From an uncultured virus (IMG/VR IMGVR_UViG_3300043774_000843) (lineage: Duplodnaviria; Heunggongvirae; Uroviricota; Caudoviricetes), in IMG/VR virus record IMGVR_UViG_3300043774_000843: a DNA stretch of 64,000 nt, one strand, 5' to 3'. The translations under genes were made by a program, and so were the position numbers. The notes beneath the pieces are model-generated. The model did not search any database and was not told the origin of the DNA. It saw nothing but the letters and a program-made list of their open reading frames with translations. Of the stretch, positions 59,048 through 64,000 are shown in pieces; position 1 is the stretch's first letter, and each line of letters starts with the position of its first letter.

Positions 59048-61219
59048 TTAAATTTTATAAAAATTTCTTAAATATGCTTTTTCTAAAACTAAACTACCTA
59101 CAACTTGTTTTGGATAGTTTGGTTCATGTCCTAATATTTTTGTTAATTTACAAATACAGATTTCGCCATTCTGTAAATTTTCACGAACTAACATTTCAGC
59201 AGATTTAGAAAATTCTTTTGATGCTGATTTTAAATCATCTTGGTATTCGATTCCACCGCCTGTTTCTTTGTAGTATTCTTTAGGTTTAACTTCATAGTGT
59301 AATTTTAAATTTGGTTTATTTAATTTTACAGACAATATTTCCCTTTCTTTAATAGCTTCATAAGGTGTATTATGTATTGAAATAATTTTATTTGTTTTAT
59401 TATCTATAACGTATGATATTGATGGCTTATATAACTGCCAACTTTCATCGTACTTTGCGTTGGGATTTCCAATAAACGTATCGCCTACTTTATAATTCCC
59501 AACCCCACCGCCATTGGCGTATCTTTTAGGAATTGTATCAAAATAATCTTGCATATAAGTTGCCATTCCATCTATGTAATATTCAAAACTATTATATCCA
59601 TTTTTTTCTAATTTTGATATTTTAGAATAACCTCTTTTTATGCTTTTTGCAAATTCTTCTGCTTCTTTTAAATTATCTGTCCAAAAAGATTTTGATTTAG
59701 GGTTGTTTTCTAATTCATTTACATAACCTACCTGATATTTACTTATACCATGACCAACCCCACCGCCATTGGCGTATTCCATAACTTCTGGAAATAAATC
59801 TAATCCTTTTTTTGTAAATTTCCATTTTGAAGTGTCAATATCTTCAATAGTATTCGCTTTTATTGTATTCCATCTATTCCCTAATACATCAACAATATTA
59901 ATGTAAAATTTTCCCGTTTTTGGTTCAAAGTAGTAACTATTATCTTTATATTCAGCTATTAAAATTTTACTTTCAACCCCACCGCCATTTTTAAATCTCT
60001 TTAATTTCCAATTATAAAATTCATCTAATATGTATTTTTCAGCATTTTCCCAATCTTCGGGTACATTTTGTCCCCATTCAATTTCGTCATTCATCCTACT
60101 TGATGATGGTGCTTCAATAATATAACCATCATAATCAAGAATTGATGCGCCTTCGCTATCTTCTGTTTCAAAAGAGAAATCATAACGACCAAGCCTTCTA
60201 TCTGTATTGTCAGAAAAATCAATATTTTTAATTATTTCCTTGTTTGACAAAACCATTCCTCCCATTTCATATCCATTATCGGCAAGGCTATAATAATTAT
60301 CTGAATTAGGAACTAATATCATACTATCTAAAACTGTTACATTAAACATTTTTAATGCAGTTTTAACTTGTTGATACAATTTAATATCTGCTTCGCTTGG
60401 TCTATTATTTCCGCTTGGGTGATTGTGTGCTAAAATTACACCTTTAGATAATGTTTTTAAAGCTAAAGCGCCAATCATTTCAACATCAACTAAAGTTGCG
60501 TTAATTGCACCTTTTGTATGTTCATAATACCCTATTGGCTCATTTGCATTGTTTAAAAACAACACATTCATTTCTTCACGAACATTTATACTTTCTTTAT
60601 TCCAAAGTTGTTTGAAAATTTCGTAAGCATCTTTTGAACTACCAATTTTTGTTTTTTCAACACTAAAATCTTGACGAACAAGTGCAATATCAATAAGTGC
60701 AATATCAATTTCGCTAATCTTTTGATTATTAGGCTCATTTATAACAATAGGAGTTTCTGAACTTAAATCAGGATATTTCATTATTCCGCCAGTAGCAAAT
60801 TTGTTTTTACTTGCTCTATTGCCAACTTTATAATCTAAATGGTGATATAAATTATCAATATCATTAGCAGATATAGCTAATTTATTTTCCTGCCATGACA
60901 TTAACTTAGAACCGCCTTTAATCATTTCAATTAGCTTATTAGCATATTTTGAAATTGATAAAAGTTGCTTTTTAAATATCATTCCTCCCTCATCAAATTT
61001 TTCCCAGCCCTCTAATGAGTGTGCAACATCAGAAACATTTTGTTCAATACGAGTAAGTTTCATCTTTACCCATTCTTCTAAATTACTTTCTTCGGTTACG
61101 ATAATATCTAATTTAACAGCATACTCATAAATCATATCAAGATTTATTAATGCCATTTTTTTATCAAAATCAAATACATCAAAAACTCCACCTAAATCGT
61201 ATTTATCCCAATGTTTCAT
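59048..61219 (-). CDS. Modular polyvalent protein with RadC/JAB domain and eight GG-motif linkers
   Basis: REE..VLFLN..N, ILAHNHPSGN..PSEAD, VLDSMIL; linkers YDLGG, FDEGG, FATGG, YEMGG, FKNGG, YANGG x2, KETGG. Confidence 0.85.
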   Translation of the reverse strand: MKHWDKYDLGGVFDVFDFDKKMALINLDMIYEYAVKLDIIVTEESNLEEWVKMKLTRIEQNVSDVAHSLEGWEKFDEGGMIFKKQLLSISKYANKLIEMIKGGSKLMSWQENKLAISANDIDNLYHHLDYKVGNRASKNKFATGGIMKYPDLSSETPIVINEPNNQKISEIDIALIDIALVRQDFSVEKTKIGSSKDAYEIFKQLWNKESINVREEMNVLFLNNANEPIGYYEHTKGAINATLVDVEMIGALALKTLSKGVILAHNHPSGNNRPSEADIKLYQQVKTALKMFNVTVLDSMILVPNSDNYYSLADNGYEMGGMVLSNKEIIKNIDFSDNTDRRLGRYDFSFETEDSEGASILDYDGYIIEAPSSSRMNDEIEWGQNVPEDWENAEKYILDEFYNWKLKRFKNGGGVESKILIAEYKDNSYYFEPKTGKFYINIVDVLGNRWNTIKANTIEDIDTSKWKFTKKGLDLFPEVMEYANGGGVGHGISKYQVGYVNELENNPKSKSFWTDNLKEAEEFAKSIKRGYSKISKLEKNGYNSFEYYIDGMATYMQDYFDTIPKRYANGGGVGNYKVGDTFIGNPNAKYDESWQLYKPSISYVIDNKTNKIISIHNTPYEAIKEREILSVKLNKPNLKLHYEVKPKEYYKETGGGIEYQDDLKSASKEFSKSAEMLVRENLQNGEICICKLTKILGHEPNYPKQVVGSLVLEKAYLRNFYKI

Positions 61220-61377
61220 TATTTTAATTTTTTAATTTCTTTCCAATGTTTAATTGCGCCTAATCCATAGAAAGCAATCATAGTAATTGATATAACGGTA
61301 GTCCAAGTAGCAATTTTACCCCAATTAAAATCCTTAATTGTGTCAATTATACTGCTATCTTGTTCTTTTTTTTCCAT
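61219..61377 (-). CDS. 52-aa single-TM protein
   Basis: Hand translation; its stop overlaps the next start (TAATG). Confidence 0.55.
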   Translation of the reverse strand: MEKKEQDSSIIDTIKDFNWGKIATWTTVISITMIAFYGLGAIKHWKEIKKLK

Positions 61378-61526
61378 TATAGTTTACCCTCTTTTTTTAA
61401 TTTAGCTGCACCTTGCTTAACCGCATCTGAATATTTCTTTACTTTTCCTGTCGCCCAAATAGCTTTTGCTTCTTTTTGAATCATTTCCATTCTTGACTTG
61501 TTTGCGTTTTTTGTTGATTTTGCCAT
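61377..61526 (-). CDS. 49-aa basic protein (possible DNA-binding core protein)
   Basis: MAKSTKNANKSRMEMIQKEAKAIWATGKVKKYSDAVKQGAAKLKKEGKL; TAATG coupling. Confidence 0.55.
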   Translation of the reverse strand: MAKSTKNANKSRMEMIQKEAKAIWATGKVKKYSDAVKQGAAKLKKEGKL

Positions 61527-61615
61527 GATTTTTTGTTTTGGTTGTAAATTTAACTAATTAACTACTATTTATTTAATTTAAAAACAATTTTATTTTTAAA
61601 CATTCTTTCTAACAA

Positions 61616-62398
61616 TCAAGAGTTAGTGTACTCTTTTAGAATAGAAAAATCAAAAGGTTTTACCGCTAATTCTTTTTGCCCCTTAAACATATTTTGCTTA
61701 AATGGACTTCCTACTGTATAATCATTCAATGCTAAATCTTTTTCACTCCACTTTCTTAATTTGTTAGGGCAAAAACATGGAGCAGATGATAGCATATTTG
61801 ATTTGTCTATTTGCTTGTAAATTAACAATAAACCTATTTCTGAATTTGCTTCTACAAAAAATTGCCTAAACCATTGATTAACTCCTAAAATACAATTAGC
61901 AGTATCAAAATTAACTTGCCCTATCCAATTTTGAAATTGATTTACTCCTATTGATAAACTTGGAAATCTCGGTAAAATTCTTCTATTACCATTTGCATCT
62001 TTGTATAAATGCTGAATTACTTGATTTAAGTTTGGTTGATTTTTAGAATAAAAATAAATTCTTCTTACCCAAGCAGGAGAATAAACAAAATCTCTTACTG
62101 TTTCGTTATAATCTTCGCTACCGCCAATCCAAAAAACAGGAGTTATAGGTGGAGGTAAAGGAGTAGGAGGTATTGGACTTCCTGAAACAATAGGTGGCTG
62201 AATATATCCATTAGGAGTATTCGGAACATTGTATTGTTCTACAACAAAAGGTTGAAATAAATCAAAATATACATCTGAACTTGTCGGGTTGTTAATAGTG
62301 AAAAGCATTTCATCGTAATCACCATCTAATCCGTATTTTTCAGCTACACTTTTTTTAATTTTAACCTTTTCAATTTCAGGCTGCCAACAAGATTCCAC
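61616..62398 (-). CDS. Putative structural protein, paralog of 52997 with a Pro-rich linker in place of the propeller
   Basis: FDLF ... GS..YN..VRD..Y.P ... KDANG ... P.LS..VNQFQ. Confidence 0.65.
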   Translation of the reverse strand: MESCWQPEIEKVKIKKSVAEKYGLDGDYDEMLFTINNPTSSDVYFDLFQPFVVEQYNVPNTPNGYIQPPIVSGSPIPPTPLPPPITPVFWIGGSEDYNETVRDFVYSPAWVRRIYFYSKNQPNLNQVIQHLYKDANGNRRILPRFPSLSIGVNQFQNWIGQVNFDTANCILGVNQWFRQFFVEANSEIGLLLIYKQIDKSNMLSSAPCFCPNKLRKWSEKDLALNDYTVGSPFKQNMFKGQKELAVKPFDFSILKEYTNS

Positions 62399-62399
62399 A

Positions 62400-63230
62400 T
62401 TATTTTTTTAGTGATTGAGATGTCATTGTCTTATTTTCCAATTCCCCTGATTCAAATTTTTTCATAAAGTCATCCAAAATCAAATATCTTTTTTTATTTA
62501 ATTCGTTATTAGCACCTTTAAATACTTTTAGAAAAGCATATTGTGCCTCTATCATTGGATAGCCTAAAGATAAATAAATGTTTAGAGCATTAATATCAGC
62601 AGAAACTTCATCGCTAATTTCTCTGCCTATTTTTGGATTCATGTATTTATGAGAAAATTCATGTAATAAAATAACTAACCTCATAGGAATACTATATTTT
62701 TCAAAATCTGATTTTGAAATTTCAATAATACCAGTATTATGTCCTATTCTTGCAGGTGTTGAAACATACTCTCCCGTTTTTCTATTTCTAATTTTGTTAT
62801 AATAGTCAATGCAAAACTTACCATCATTAGAGCGATATATACTTGGTTTTCTATCTCCTGCCGAAATAACACTTGCATTTGCGGAAAATTCTTTTGCAAA
62901 TTTCACGAAGTTATGAATGTCTTTATCCGCCCAAAGAGGGTATGTTTTTAATTCTTGTGCATCGAATTTAACAATTGAAAAAGATTTATCCTCATCATTT
63001 GGAGTATTTCCTTTTTTAGTATTGAAAATTGAAAAAACTAATAATCTTGGTGTTTGAGGGAATTTTAATTCATATTCCTGATAACCATTTACTGTTCCTT
63101 TTCTACTTATATAATAAGTATTTGGCTTACTAAAATCTTTTGCAACAACACTAATTTCTTCGGGAGATTTTGTTTCTATTCCTAAAATTATAGTAAAAGG
63201 CAATCCATTACTCGGTATAGTAAAATTCAT
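62400..63230 (-). CDS. Zincin-like metallopeptidase
   Basis: ILLHEFSH (HExxH) with downstream E..AD. Confidence 0.75.
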   Translation of the reverse strand: MNFTIPSNGLPFTIILGIETKSPEEISVVAKDFSKPNTYYISRKGTVNGYQEYELKFPQTPRLLVFSIFNTKKGNTPNDEDKSFSIVKFDAQELKTYPLWADKDIHNFVKFAKEFSANASVISAGDRKPSIYRSNDGKFCIDYYNKIRNRKTGEYVSTPARIGHNTGIIEISKSDFEKYSIPMRLVILLHEFSHKYMNPKIGREISDEVSADINALNIYLSLGYPMIEAQYAFLKVFKGANNELNKKRYLILDDFMKKFESGELENKTMTSQSLKK

Positions 63231-63234
63231 TTTT

Positions 63235-63678
63235 TTATTTTCTTAATTTTTTAACTAAAAATATACCACCAACAACTAAAGCTAAACCACCAACAATTGC
63301 TACTGTAATTCCAACTGCTTTAGGCATACCTAAGAATTTATCACTAACTTGAATGTTTTCAGTTGGTATTTCTTCTTTTTTTCCCAATTCTGCTTTTTGT
63401 TTTTCCAACTCTGATTTTTGTCTTTCTAATTCAGAGTTAGATTCTCTATCTTTTGATTTTTCCAAATCATACTTTTCTTGTACTTTTCTTGAACAATCTT
63501 CCCATTTTGTTTTTTTAGATTTTGAAAACCAAATCTTTCTTTTCTTTCCACAATTAAATTGTATTAATCTTGCAACTTCATCTTTTCTACTGTCTTTTTT
63601 AGCAGAAGATTCAGCAATTTTACCTACTCCTTTTGAAGCAAATCCAACACCCCTTGATATTAGTCCTACAATTGCCAT
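63235..63678 (-). CDS. Coiled-coil protein with C-terminal TM (tandem paralog)
   Basis: SDKFLGMPKAVGITVAIVGGLALVVGGIFLVKKLRK. Confidence 0.7.
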   Translation of the reverse strand: MAIVGLISRGVGFASKGVGKIAESSAKKDSRKDEVARLIQFNCGKKRKIWFSKSKKTKWEDCSRKVQEKYDLEKSKDRESNSELERQKSELEKQKAELGKKEEIPTENIQVSDKFLGMPKAVGITVAIVGGLALVVGGIFLVKKLRK

Positions 63679-64000
63679 TATTTTCTTAGTTTTTTAACTA
63701 AAAATATTCCACCAACAACTAAAGCTAAACCACCAACAACTGCTACCGTAATTCCAACTGCTTTAGGCATACCTAAGAATTTATCACTATCTTCCATTTT
63801 TCTACTTGTTGTGTCTATTCTTTGTCTTTCTAAATCTATTTTTTGTCTTTCTAAATCTATTTTTTGTTTTTCCAAATCTAATCCGCTTTCTTTACCTTGA
63901 GATTTTTCCAAATTGTATTTGTCTTGAACTTCTGAAATACATCTTTGATATGCTTTCTTTTTGTCGCCACATTTACCACCAAATACACATTTTGGTTTTT
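63678..64000 (-). CDS. Tandem paralog of 63235; start lies beyond the window
   Basis: Frame stays open to the edge (KPKCVFGGKCGDKKKAYQRCISEVQDKYNLEKS...); near-identical C-terminal 36 aa. Confidence 0.7.
   Translation of the reverse strand, partial: KPKCVFGGKCGDKKKAYQRCISEVQDKYNLEKSQGKESGLDLEKQKIDLERQKIDLERQRIDTTSRKMEDSDKFLGMPKAVGITVAVVGGLALVVGGIFLVKKLRK

Overview
AT-rich segment of a large bacteriophage or virus-like genome with a probable Bacteroidota (Flavobacterium-like) host. The host call rests on TAnnTTTG -7 promoters and A-rich leaders lacking Shine-Dalgarno motifs. There are two transcription blocks. (1) ~1.3-33.5 kb, + strand: dense small early genes, a C5 DNA methyltransferase, RNA ligase + HAD, DUF932, PD-(D/E)XK and HNH nucleases, SPFH, VRR-NUC, a replication initiator, and an IS605 element (tnpA/tnpB) interrupting a ribbon-helix-helix gene. 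(2) 33.5-64 kb plus 1-1.06 kb, - strand: lysis and peptidoglycan enzymes, sulfotransferase and glycosyltransferase, fibre-like proteins, about 20 single-TM proteins, OmpA, a zincin, and modular polyvalent proteins (RadC/JAB; DUF3140 + kinase) punctuated by [FY]xxGG motifs. I recognised no terminase, portal, HK97 capsid, tail tube or integrase. The most striking feature is an integron-like gene-cassette system at 5148-7492 and 19011-19412. There, AAC...GTT hairpins of conserved geometry alternate with genes that are each bracketed by their own GTT...AAC inverted repeat, and both arrays end in the same 49-bp attI-like site. All product names come from motif recognition by eye, not database searches.
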